From contig JAUCBJ010000044.1 of assembly GCA_032718475.1 (NCBI GenBank), forward strand, positions 1 to 64,000: DNA of 64,000 nucleotides. Direction: 5' to 3'. A program made the translations under genes and the position numbers. The notes under the pieces are model-generated. The model was given only the letters and a program-made list of their open reading frames with translations. It had not been told where the DNA came from and ran no database searches. This DNA comes from Nemertoderma westbladi. Its lineage: Eukaryota; Animalia; Xenacoelomorpha. Numbering within the stretch: position 1 is the stretch's first letter; each line of letters opens with the position of its first letter. Shown piece by piece: positions 1 to 10,304 of the stretch.

Positions 1-633
1 TCCGTGAACCCTTCGCTTGTGTCCTTCTGGGCTCCTCTCTGATGACTCCGAGGCGCACCCATGAGGCGGACGCTGTCCCACCACCCTTGGGGCCAGTCCG
101 ACTGATGTCTTTATCAGACCGGGCCGGAGGGTAGCCCGATGCTTCCCGGGTTCACTTTTCAATCCCCCGATCACACCGGCACAACTCGTCGGTGTAGCCA
201 GATGGTCGGCTACTGTCAACTTGCTGTGGCCTGACTGTACATTGAGCCAACTCAGAGAGTCAACCGGCAGGTGGACCAGTCGATAGCGATCGAGCATCAA
301 GGTCGCCCTTGAGCCAAACCGACGGTCTTGTCCCAAGTGGGCTTGCGCTACCCAACATGGAATATTGACCGTTTTCACCCGCCTCGCCGGCAGTATTGAG
401 GGGAAGTCGGTTCCGCAAACAATACTGACTAGCTCGAAAGCTAGGAACAAGTAACCACTTACCAGTCACTGTACACGTGTACTCAATAGATGCTCACGAA
501 ATCAAGTACACAACGGTAAACACAAATCTGACGCATACCACGCACACACAGAGGACATAATCGGGGAGGACAAAATCGGTGACAAAATCAGAGGGGACAA
601 AATTGTATAGACTGATAAAGAGTCTAGAGTACC

Positions 634-1165
634 TTATTTTACCGACAGGGTAAAATAACTTTGTGTGCACAAAGTATGCTGGTAATATTCATTAAAAGGT
701 AACCATTTCATCTCATCTCCATTGAACTTGACGATCTCTCCCACCTTTACCGCTTGCCGGGCTTCGGTTCTAGCCATTTGACGCGTAAAACTTTCTTGGG
801 CCATCGTGTTATTTAATATCGAGTTATCGGTATATAAATTTCTCGGATTATGATCCGGTCTATAGGGAATATCATTATCAACAGGTCTATAATTACCCTT
901 AATAGGGTTCACTATAGGAGTTTCTACTTCGCTAGCAGTATATATGCGTGTAGGCTTCACACCTTGCGCATGAGATACTTCAGACCTAACAGGTTGACAC
1001 ATTGTTACCGAGGGTGGTGGTATACCCCTTTGAGTATTTACTAATTTATCGCGTTCTAGCGCGATACTTTGCTGCACTTCTTGCAACTCTAGCCTACTTT
1101 CCCTTACTGTGCCCTTGAATTGCTGGACAGTCTCCTGCATCTGCCCGAGCAGGAGATCCATGTGG
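634..1165 (-). pseudogene. BEL/Pao gag N-terminal fragment (coiled coil plus start of DUF1759-like domain)
   Basis: ORF 634..1212 ends with IVKFNGDEMKWLPFNEYYQHTL, matching the F-x-G-x4-W-x2-F start of BEL/Pao gag DUF1759. It stops abruptly at a 10-bp hairpin (TTATTTTACC gacag GGTAAAATAA, 634-658). Confidence 0.65.
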
Positions 1166-1199
1166 CAGTTCAAGTATATAAAACACTGGTTCGGTAATT

Positions 1200-1497
1200 T
1201 TCTACAATCCAAAAATGTCTATAATCAAAAACTAAGTAACATATATCAATAATTCTTATACACTCCTAATACTAATACTCATCCTAATACCAATATACTT
1301 CACCAATATTAAGGCACTAACTCAAAAATGTATATAACCAGCTGTTTGCCTTAACCAACCAATATACATTACATATTACACAATGTAGTCCTTCAATTAA
1401 CGTACAGTATACTATGGGGATTGTCACACTCCCCGACAAAATATGCAAATAGTCTTTCAATTAACGTACAGTATACTATGGGATTGTCACACTCCCC
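1200..1497 (-). mobile_element. Probable polypurine tract and truncated 3' LTR of the BEL/Pao element
   Basis: Minus strand reads GGGGAG-TGTGACAA (PPT followed by TGT) about 200 bp downstream of the integrase stop. The motif occurs twice (1421-1434, 1484-1497) because of a ~64-bp tandem duplication. No second LTR is available for comparison. Confidence 0.5.
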
Positions 1498-1511
1498 GAC
1501 AAAATATGCAA
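1386..1511. repeat. ~64-bp tandem duplication spanning the PPT/LTR border
   Basis: tagtc(c/t)ttcaattaacgtacagtatactatggg(g)attgtcacactccccgacaaaatatgcaa at 1386-1448 and 1450-1511. Confidence 0.9.
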
Positions 1512-1692
1512 TTACGACAACTTATACCATTCCACCAATAACTGCAATATAGTTACAATAATGACAAAACATAAATGTGACAATGCTGTACAATACAAAT
1601 CTGTATCAATAATTATATGCAAAAATATCTCACTTATAGTTACACAGTCACAGTTACTTATTTGATGCACGACACCAACCCTACAGTTAGGT

Positions 1693-3360
1693 CTAGTTGT
1701 CAATTTCTAATGGGATAAGTCCTTGTACAGGTCGAGTGATAATTATACTGCTGATTTTTTTGCCTATTTTTGCAATTTTTACTTTTACAGATCTGATACT
1801 ATTATCACGACCATGTAAGAGCTCTACTATAATCCCTAGCTTCCATAATTGGCGCGGTTTCTTGATCTTAGAAGTAGTTTCATCCAGTAACACCACCTCA
1901 CCAACCCTCGGCTGACGTGTCTGATATCGGCGAATAGAGTAATGCTGTCTAAGAGTTGTCAGATACTCGCGAGCCCAAATGTTCCAGAATTTATCTATCA
2001 ATTGGTCTTTGTATTTGGTGCGTCGGGTCACATTCTCAGCATTCAATTCGTCATTAATATTATTACTGCTGATATTATCTGTTTCAGGTCTTTCAGTGAG
2101 TCGCTTTCCGATTAATAAATGTGACGGAGTTAGAGGTTCCAAAATCTCGTCTGAATACACGTAAGTTAGTGGGCGACTGTTAATTACACTCTCAACTTTT
2201 ATCAATAAGGTATGTAACTCGTCGCTATTCAATAATGCGTTTCCTATCGACTTCCTCAATGCTCTCTTCACACTTTGCACTAGTCGTTCCCAGTACCCTC
2301 CCCACCAAGGGGCATGTTCACATATAAAGTTCCATTTGATATTTAAATTTGCTATATGGGTTTGTGTTTTCTTGGCTGTGAAATTACTTCCATTATCTGA
2401 AGTTATTGTTGCTGGATATCCCCTGCGACCAAAGAATCTATCTAAACCACGGATAGTAAACTCCGCATCTATACTTTCTTGTAATTCAAAATGTACCGCT
2501 CTAGACGAATTACATGTAATCAGAAGAATATGGCATTTTTCAATCAGTTCATTATTTCGAACATACATTGGCCCCGCTATATCCACACCGACATCATTAA
2601 ATGCTAGACTTCCACTCACCCTATCCAGGGGTAAACAAGGTGTATCTGGGGGTGTGAATGCTTTTGCTTGTTGTTTGCGACATATAACACATTCATTTAA
2701 TTGTTTCTTAATAATTTGTCTGGCCTGGGGTATATAAAACTTGTTTCTCAGTTGCACAAATGTATCACGAACTCCAGCATGTAATACTTCTGTTTCGTGA
2801 CATTGTCTAATGATTAACGTCGTCAGATAAAGTTTTTTCGGTAGCAGTATTGGATCTTTCGCTGTTGTGGGCACCTGATATGCCATATCAATGCGGCCTT
2901 TGCATCTTATCAAGCCCTCAGCATCTAGGTATAAGTGAAGTTGATTGATTAAGTTTCTCACATAAGGCTCTTTGTCGCATTTTGTCGTCAATTGTGAAAC
3001 AACTTCAGGATACATTTCTGCTTGAACTTCCTTTAAGCATAAAGTGCTTGCTTTGCTTCTTTCCAGAATAGTTAAAACACCTAATTGTTTGGGGGTATCC
3101 TTCCCTATCCTTGCCTTCAGATTATTGACAAAACGGTACATCCATGCCACTACTTGAATCAGCTTATTGTAGCTGCTATAACGAAGTATTATTGAATCAT
3201 GCACTTCGTTTGAGATAAGTAAGACTGACGGCATTTCTATTGGGTTCTTCAACTCTTTAAAAGCCTCTTCCTCAATATCTCTTGTCTCTATGGTTTTCGA
3301 AGGATAATCTATCACATTTGACACCCATTCCGGACCACACCACCAGATATTTCTGGCTGG
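1693..3360 (-). pseudogene. BEL/Pao pol C-terminal half (post-RNase H region, Zn-binding domain, integrase core, DUF5641-like tail), 5'-truncated
   Basis: WWCGPEW, HETEVLHAG...CVIC, DIAGP / SDNGSNF / WWGGYWERLV, NSRPL, LTPSHLL, FWNIWAREYL, WKLGII: characteristic BEL/Pao motifs. The N-terminal residues of the predicted 1693..3405 ORF come from the antisense of the adjacent gag piece. Confidence 0.93.
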
Positions 3361-3376
3361 GGAAGGTTGAATAAGA

Positions 3377-4186
3377 CAATGAGGCCATTGACATTTTACA
3401 ATCAAGGTTTGGACATAAACAGCTACGTATTAACGCCCATATGAAGAGAATAATAAATCTACAGGTAGCCTGTATGAAAGTGGACGATTTAAGAAAATTG
3501 TATGATGAAGTCAATATTCAGATTAGAGGACTAATGACACTTGGTCTATCAAGTGATACATATGGGGCCCTGCTTGTTGCCATCTTAGTGTCAAAATTGC
3601 CGGAAGAAATTATTTTAGAAATTTCGCGTGTTGAGAAGGGCGAAATTTGGGATATAAACGTTGTATTAAAAACATTAAGGGAAGAAGTTGAGGCAAGAGA
3701 GATTGCAGCACAACAACAGGAAAAAACAGATGTAAAACAGGCAGCCTGGAAAAGCTTCAATGGTGAAATTGGTACAGCATCGGCATTGTTAGAAAATAGC
3801 AATTCAAGATTTAAACCCGCTGTTGCTAGATATACACGTAGGCCGGATAATTGTGTGTATTGCGACAAAGCACATCGCAGTACTGATTGCGAACAATTCT
3901 ATAATATGCAAAGCCGAATTGTGCGGTTGCAGCAATTAAATAAATGTTTTTCTTGTTTGGGGGAGGGACACATTGCTAAGGAATGTGCAAGGAAAATTAG
4001 TTGCATCATCTGCTCAAGGCCACACCATATTTCTCTGTGCAGTAGAGTTTCTGCGCCATTTTATGGAAAAGCCGATGTAAAATATAGAACAAATTATGAG
4101 CGTCAAGGTCCAGGATATAATGTTGGGTTGGTTGAAAACTATCCAATTCCAACGCCACCTAGAGGGGAGATCAAGAATGGTATATA
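3377..4186 (+). pseudogene. BEL/Pao gag C-terminal fragment, inverted relative to pol
   Basis: Frame reads NEAIDILQSRFGHKQLRINAHM from 3378 (DUF1759-like), then three Cys/His knuckles CVYCDKAHRSTDC, CFSCLGEGHIAKEC, CIICSRPHHISLC typical of BEL/Pao gag. Confidence 0.9.
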
Positions 4187-4380
4187 TCAAGCCTGGTATT
4201 GTTCTAGTAGTTTGGGTTGTTTTTGCATCTTCTTTAATAGAGTTTCGTACCTACGCTCAGCTAGGTAATAATTATTAGGCAAATTAGCCTTTTGCGATGA
4301 AATCCATGGTAATTTAATTTCGTATCTTCCATTGATCATCTCTGGTTGTTCAATAAAATCTAAGTTAAAATGTGAATCCG
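4187..4380 (-). pseudogene. BEL/Pao pol fragment (protease-RT linker)
   Basis: NGRYEIKLPW...LPNNYYLAERRYETLLKKM...LLEQYQ matches the conserved GRY-x-V-x-LPW...N-x3-A-x2-R segment upstream of BEL/Pao RT. Confidence 0.85.
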
Positions 4381-4597
4381 GATTGAAAAATGCCATATTC
4401 TTCTGATTACATGTAATTCGTCTAGAGCGGTACATTTTGAATTACAAGAAAGTATAGATGCGGAGTTTACTATCCGTGGTTTAGATAGATTCTTTGGTCG
4501 CAGGGGATATCCAGCAACAATTACTTCCATTATCTGAAGTTATTGTTGCTGGATATCCCCTGCGACCAATGAGGCCATTGACATTTTACAATCAAGG
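4381..4597. repeat. Patchwork of templated copies: inverted 2405-2545, direct 2382-2432, direct 3377-3407
   Basis: 4381-4521 is the reverse complement of 2405-2545; 4519-4569 equals 2382-2432; 4567-4597 equals 3377-3407. Creates a 28-bp perfect inverted repeat (4494-4521 / 4542-4569). Confidence 0.92.
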
Positions 4598-6530
4598 CCC
4601 CCCGCCGTCTCTCGTCCACCCATTCGACCGCCGAAGCAGGAGTCGCCAACGTTGTAGCGGGCGGACGAGGGACAACGGGCGACAAATCATGAATATTTCG
4701 CTCGGGGTCCAGGACCTGAACTGTCTCCTGGGCAGTTCTACTGGGCATAGGTAGCTTAGTGCTGTGCAAAGGGAATTGAGAAGTAGGTTCAGGGAGTACA
4801 GGTGTCTCTACGACCGAAAGGGTTGCTTCGGGAACAGGCCTAATTATTTCAGGCTCATCTACTATAGTAGGGAGTCTTTCTATTGTAATTATTTGGTCTG
4901 TGGGTTCTGTACTACCTAAGTTGGTGTTATTTAGTTGCCTTCTAACAGCTGGAGGCAAATCAGGCAATTTCTGACGGTGGAATGTTCTTTTACGTCTGCT
5001 TAGGCGAGATCGATTTCCTCCGCCTTCAGTGTCGGTGGTATCGCCTTCCTCAGATGATGTATAACCCTGTCTTTTGGGAGTAGATCGATTCATCATCTGC
5101 ATATTACTAGCTGTTAACTGTTTACTGAAGTCGTCTTGCTTCTCTTGAAGATTTTCCAACTCCAGTTGGGCGATCTCTTCAGCCGCTCTCCGTTCTGCTT
5201 CCGCCACCGCTGCCGCTTTTGCCTCTGCCGCTGCCGCTGCTGCCGCTTTTGCCTCTGCCGCTGCTTCTGCTGCTGCCGCTTTTGCCTCTGCCGCTGCTCC
5301 TGCCAAGGTCGCTTTTCTTTCTGCCTCTGCCACTGCTGCTATCTTTCTGTCTTCTATACGTTTTTTCCTTACTTTTTCTTCTTGGTCTCTAGCGATGCGG
5401 AGTTGTTCATCGAATTTAGCTTGGTTCGCCGCTAACCTATCCACATCAATTGCATCCAACACACGCTGGGCTCCTTCACTATTAGGACTAAGTCCCGCTA
5501 ACCTTCTCCTCAACTCTTCATCTCCCAAAAAACGCTGATAGTCTGACAGATAGATGTCAATGGCATCCCTCTTATGCGGTTTCTCTGCCGTCGCTTCACT
5601 TTCCACTTGGGAAAAAGTAGCGTCCGTTGATTCTCCATGGGTTGAGCGCTCCTCCAGCTGAGCTTTCCACTGAGCTGTTCCTTGAACCTGGCGACTCACC
5701 CGTTGAAACCAAGTCTTTACGGCAACTTGCAACGACGTGTCTTGTCTTCTTTTAGAAGCCTCTTCAAAGGCTGATAATATTAGCCTGATTCGCAGAATTC
5801 TTTCTCTAACTTGATAAAGCAGTTGTCCCTGCTCTTGAGGTCCCTTTGGTTGTTGAAACATTTGTTTTTCTACTCGCTCCATAGAGCTGAAGAATCCCTG
5901 TGCGTATCCGGCTGCGGACCTCTTCCACACAGCTGGATCGATGGTTTCCTGGGCTACTCCCATCCGGTGTATGTCTTCCCAGGCAGCTTCTGATAAATCA
6001 AATGGGAGTCCGGGTCCGGGGAAGTTCCATTGTGACTCGACCATAGACTTCAGTTCTTCCCTTGTGTATCCCTCATATCGATCTTTAGTTGATCGCTTAC
6101 TTCTCGCCCAATCGATCTGGTGTTCTTCCACTGCGATCAATAACCTAGTGAGTACGGCTGCAGGAAGGATGAGAAGGGGATCCGAATAAACCGCATCCGT
6201 CATCCTTGCTCCGCGCTCGGGTGTCAGTTCTACAGTATCTTCACTACTGGAGCTGTCGGGCCGCTGAGAAATAAGTTCTTGGCTCGCGGGTTGTTGCTGT
6301 TCCGCTGCTTCTTGGTCCCGCTTGACCTGAGCTCGAGTGCCTATGATAGACCTACGATGTTGGACCAGCCTAGGTTCTGTTATTACTACTGGAGGGATGA
6401 CCTTCCTCACAGTGGGAGGTGAACTGAACTTAGGACTAGACGGTTCTACACCTCTGTCTGAGTCGCAGATAGTTACATCTAATAAACTGTCTGACAGGTT
6501 CTGTTTAGTATCAGACATGTTGGTTTGCAC
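4530..6530 (-). CDS. Orphan protein, helical/coiled-coil with Ala-Glu-Lys repeats; probable gag/ORF1 of an unidentified mobile element, 3'-truncated at ~4598
   Basis: 666-codon open frame (GTG at 6530, first ATG at 6518), more GC-rich than its flanks, AAAEAKAAA repeats at ~5190-5340. The last ~22 aa (ALIVKCQWPHWSQGISSNNNFR) are encoded by the BEL/Pao patchwork, so the native C-terminus is missing. No catalytic motif recognised. Confidence 0.6.
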   Translation of the reverse strand: MQTNMSDTKQNLSDSLLDVTICDSDRGVEPSSPKFSSPPTVRKVIPPVVITEPRLVQHRRSIIGTRAQVKRDQEAAEQQQPASQELISQRPDSSSSEDTVELTPERGARMTDAVYSDPLLILPAAVLTRLLIAVEEHQIDWARSKRSTKDRYEGYTREELKSMVESQWNFPGPGLPFDLSEAAWEDIHRMGVAQETIDPAVWKRSAAGYAQGFFSSMERVEKQMFQQPKGPQEQGQLLYQVRERILRIRLILSAFEEASKRRQDTSLQVAVKTWFQRVSRQVQGTAQWKAQLEERSTHGESTDATFSQVESEATAEKPHKRDAIDIYLSDYQRFLGDEELRRRLAGLSPNSEGAQRVLDAIDVDRLAANQAKFDEQLRIARDQEEKVRKKRIEDRKIAAVAEAERKATLAGAAAEAKAAAAEAAAEAKAAAAAAAEAKAAAVAEAERRAAEEIAQLELENLQEKQDDFSKQLTASNMQMMNRSTPKRQGYTSSEEGDTTDTEGGGNRSRLSRRKRTFHRQKLPDLPPAVRRQLNNTNLGSTEPTDQIITIERLPTIVDEPEIIRPVPEATLSVVETPVLPEPTSQFPLHSTKLPMPSRTAQETVQVLDPERNIHDLSPVVPRPPATTLATPASAVEWVDERRRGALIVKCQWPHWSQGISSNNNFR

Positions 6531-6639
6531 AGTTGAATGCCTACTGCTATATTACAGTTTAAGCAAGTCTAGTAATTCAGAGTTAACTGCTAGCCTAGTA
6601 ATTAATTACCGATACTGCTACTCAGTGTAGCGTGATATA

Positions 6640-7030
6640 TATAATATATTAGAATACCGGTATGCTTATAGTATATATAACTATATAAGTATTATTACAG
6701 ACTAGGTTTATCACAGAATACCGGTATAATTTTAGCACAAATATATATAAATATATAATAGGCCTATCGGGAATACCGGTATACAGCTTACAGTTTGTAG
6801 TATATATAATTCTGGACTAGAATTAATTAGAAGTACCGGTATAATTTCAGCCTAAATTTATAGAAATAAAGATAATAGGCCTATCGTAAATACCGGTATG
6901 CAGTTTACACTTATAGTGTATATATATAAGTATAATTACAAACTAGAATTAATTACAGAATACCGGTATGATTTCAACCTAAAATTTATAGAAATAAATA
7001 TAATAAGCCTATTGTAAATACCGGTATATC
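6640..7030. repeat. Degenerate ~55-70-bp tandem repeat, 7 units, each with palindromic core ATACCGGTAT
   Basis: Core at about 6654, 6718, 6773, 6834, 6890, 6960 and 7018; alternate units share taggcctatcg or actagaattaatta (dimeric organisation). Confidence 0.85.
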
Positions 7031-8062
7031 AATTATTTTAAATAACTGAATTTCTGAATTTTAAGGGTTACTTGGTTACTTTAACTTACTTTATTGCCGT
7101 TATTTAAGCAGTAGTCCAACTGATATTGAGACCTAATTGTTGTATGGCAGGCCTACTATTTATAAATCGTTTGAGTTGATTTATAATATATATATACCCG
7201 TTTAATGGGTTTTGTCAATGTTGAAATAAATGTTATTATTTCTGGGGAGTCACTACACATAAGCAGTGCGCTCTCAGTGGAGTGCTACTTGTTGGACACT
7301 AAAACAAATAATTCTAATTTAACTAAGTTACTTAATACTACAAATTACGTACAATTCGGGTTGAGATTACAATCTCTAAATAAACACAAAAATTTAATTA
7401 CAAATACACAAATACGAATTTTTAGGGTAATTTTACAAGAAGTCTACAAACCAGCCTAACAAAGGATTAGAAATCTGGTTATTACAACGGACAGGGTACT
7501 GCGGTATTTGAAAATAATATGTAGTAGTAAATACACTGCGTTGTCCAGATAGGAAAATACCACCGCCTGACGACCTATAGCCGTATCGCTATAGGTACTA
7601 CGTTATGTATCACGGAGTGTTCCTACCTAGAAGTTAATAGAGCTAATCGAACGTGCCTATCAACCACTTTACAACACAAATATAATGCCTACACTAATTA
7701 CTTTCGGAAAGCACTGTACACTAAACCCTAAATTAGGTACGAGTACTTGTACAACAAATAATCGGTAGTTAAAAATACTTGAACAGCTAAAAGAACCACG
7801 GCATCTGCTGGAGTGACCGGTGCACAAAATCACCAGTCTTTACCTACGCCGAGCAGCCCGTATAGTACCGGGGTTAGTTTAACTATAACGGTATGTATAT
7901 CAAACACAATTACTGTAGGAACAAACTTGGGGAAGGAATGTTGCAAATAATCGCATAAACTCTGAATAATAAATATTACGCTACGCGTACAAACCATTCA
8001 AACAAAATGCAGACCAAATACTGACAGACTACTATCAAGCCTAAACAAACTACGGTATATGT

Positions 8063-8180
8063 AGACTCCGAAATGGTTAAGTAGTATGCGTTCTAACCCA
8101 GTAGTACGACTTATTCTTTAGATGGGGGTTTACCTTACAGCAATGGCTGCCCCTACTTCCTAACCGTTCTTTATCGGACA
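8063..8180. ncRNA. Candidate structured RNA module (short form), copy A; family unknown
   Basis: Ends pair: TCCGA/TCGGA and AATGGTTA-AGTAG / CTACT-tcc-TAACCGTT; internal CAGC-aatg-GCTG hairpin, GGGG/CCCC and TCTAA/TTAGA pairs. Strand not settled by wobble pairs. Confidence 0.55.
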
Positions 8181-8349
8181 GATGCTTTACACACACCGAA
8201 ATTTCCTCAAACCCAACAGCAGCCAGACAACTATCCAGCCTACAAATTATCTAAATAAAATTATACGCTACCCGTACAGACTACACAAACAAAGTACAGA
8301 CCAAACGCTGGCGGACTCCTATCAAGCCTAAATAAACCACAGGACATGC

Positions 8350-8467
8350 AGACTCCGAAATGGTTAAGTAGTATGCGTTCTAACCCAGTAGTACGACTTA
8401 TTCTTTAGATGGGGGTTTACCTTACAGCGATGGCTGCCCCTACTTCCTAACCGTTCTTTATCGGACA
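8350..8467. ncRNA. Candidate structured RNA module (short form), copy B; family unknown
   Basis: Identical to 8063-8180 except one A/G change in the loop of the CAGC/GCTG hairpin. Confidence 0.55.
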
Positions 8468-8820
8468 TACACTCTACATGCACTGCAATCCGTTCAGACC
8501 TAATCAACAGTCAGCCAACAGTCAAGCCTACAAATTATCTGTACAATCTGAGCAGGCTTACACGCCTTCTGCTCAATACTGGCCTACAAATAAATAAAAC
8601 TTGACAGAAACAAGTAAAATCTCAATAAAAAACCAGGGCTGCAGTCCCTGATTAATTATTAAGGCCTACCGGTATATAATTATCAAAATCGAATAATACT
8701 GCTGTACCTGTACTGCTGTAGGTACCGGTCCGGGTGGTTAGGTAGTCAGGCCTACTGGGTACCGGTTGCCGGTACTTCAGCTTTATTGCCTACTGCAATA
8801 CAGAAGCTATATCTGTTATT

Positions 8821-9470
8821 GTTTGCGCTATTGAAGACCTTTGACAGTTTAACCTGCCAAAATTAGAATGTCTTTTGGATGATAGATAGTCTTTAGCCTA
8901 TGACGAGTATTTGATACACTACATTAGCCGAAGCCAGTCTATGCGCAATCATTCACCCGTTGGATATACCCGGGAGACTGAGTTCGGGGCTTAATGATTG
9001 ATGGTGTAAGCCTACTGTATTATTCGACTGATCGTAATATATAATCTCTGACAAATATTATTCACTTTCGGGAAATATTAACAGTTCCTTTATGACGTGG
9101 CGCTCTAAATATGTAAACAGAGTTATGACTTAAACTAGACACAACGAAAAGGCTATAGATTCACGTATATGGCGCATTCTTTAGGAGATGCTTTGTTATC
9201 AGTTACACTCATACACAATGCTGCACAATACTGCACACTAATCTGCCGACCTTCACTAAATTTGGTCACGTATAAAGAGAGCAACAGACAATTTATGTTG
9301 GGCATATGAAATAGCATTAGATTCACTTCAAACCACTCAACATACATAGGTCGCAATCGTTTATCTGTAACCGGTCTCTCTAACCTTTAGTATATCAAGA
9401 AGGTGGGGTGTCTGACTATTGATCAGTATTCCGATATAATAATTCATCAACAAATATAACGAATAACCAA
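8821..9470 (-). ncRNA. Candidate large structured RNA (~600 nt), copy 1; family unknown
   Basis: Collinear conserved blocks with 10305-10940 separated by variable segments; several helices show compensatory changes and G-U pairs that work on the minus strand. Homology is strong to ~9330 and weaker to ~9470. Confidence 0.7.
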
Positions 9471-9679
9471 CAGCAAAAGCAGTAATATTAATAATTTATG
9501 GATAGTAAATGAGTGAATAGCTCGTGATAACAGATATACGTTCTATAATTAAGCCTACTAATGTAAGACTAAAAACTGAAAACACGGAGGTGCCAAAAGC
9601 CGGTTCTTAGGCTCTGGGCAAAAACATAACACTGAACTACTGAGTTTCTGTATACATCTCCAACACAGAGACAACAAAC

Positions 9680-9775
9680 GCTCTGATTGGTCAACCGAAC
9701 AACGAGAGAACAAAGAAACAAAGAAACGTCGACGTGGCAATATCAGCTGTTAGCCGTCGTCATGGTAGCGACACT
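9680..9775 (-). promoter_or_regulatory. Possible Pol II promoter elements (CCAAT box, TGACG half-site) upstream of RNA copy 1
   Basis: TGATTGG at ~9685 and TCGTCA at ~9757; same motifs at the equivalent offset (~1.48 kb) upstream of copy 2. Confidence 0.3.
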
Positions 9776-10304
9776 GTTTTCAAGAGTATCTAGCTTATCG
9801 CGTCACGAGATTGCGGATTATGTCCTCTAAAGTACAAATACATAAGAAATGACTTTTATGTCCTCTAAAACACCAGTACAGCAAGGACACGGCCTTTTTA
9901 TGCCTGGCAAACCAACTACAGAGTACTTTAAGGGAAAATAACCGGTTAATGACGCAAAAGCTTTTACACCCTTGGTTCTGGATTAAGGACCCATATACTT
10001 GGCTGCAGGGGTATATAGCCTGGCCAGGCAGATGGTGATCTACCAATGGCTGGTCAGGAGTAGAGTGTTCTCATGTCCACTCTGAGTGCACTTCACTGCG
10101 ACCTGCACCTGTTCGCGCCGCGCCGCTGTTGGCAGTTAGGGGCACCGGAGCAAAAATATTTCCTTTTGATATTACTGCGATCAGCGTGCTGCATGGCAGC
10201 AGCAGCTGCATTATATATATTACATATATATTAAGAATGCTGTGCCGGCTTTTTGACAAAATTGTCCTCAGCAGTTAGAGCCCAGCATGGACTCCCATAG
10301 AGGA

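Larger units (their letters stand above)
7972..8541. repeat. Two tandem ~287-bp units with diverged flanks and a near-invariant 118-bp core
   Basis: Units about 7972-8258 and 8259-8541. Cores 8063-8180 and 8350-8467 differ at one base while flanks have many substitutions. Confidence 0.92.

Noticed and set aside
7881-7893. TAACTATAACGGT, matching LSU rRNA helix 69 / I-CeuI site
   Set aside because: Isolated 13-nt match with no surrounding rRNA similarity.
8104-8120. Hairpin-ribozyme loop A (AGAA / AGUC) or SSU rRNA decoding motif (AAGUCGUAAC)
   Set aside because: Flanking helices, loop B and the rRNA partner strand are absent; short matches only.
9020-9055. Group I intron R/S elements (UCAGAGAUUAUA ... 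GAUCAGUC on minus)
   Set aside because: Only ~10 nt separate the two motifs, leaving no room for P3' and P8, and no P/Q elements were found.
9240-9330. Dicistrovirus IGR IRES (UGCUAUUU, AUUUAG, GGCAG look-alikes)
   Set aside because: Spacing and stems do not fit PKI-III or SL-IV/SL-V, several look-alikes are not shared by copy 2, and no ORF follows directly.
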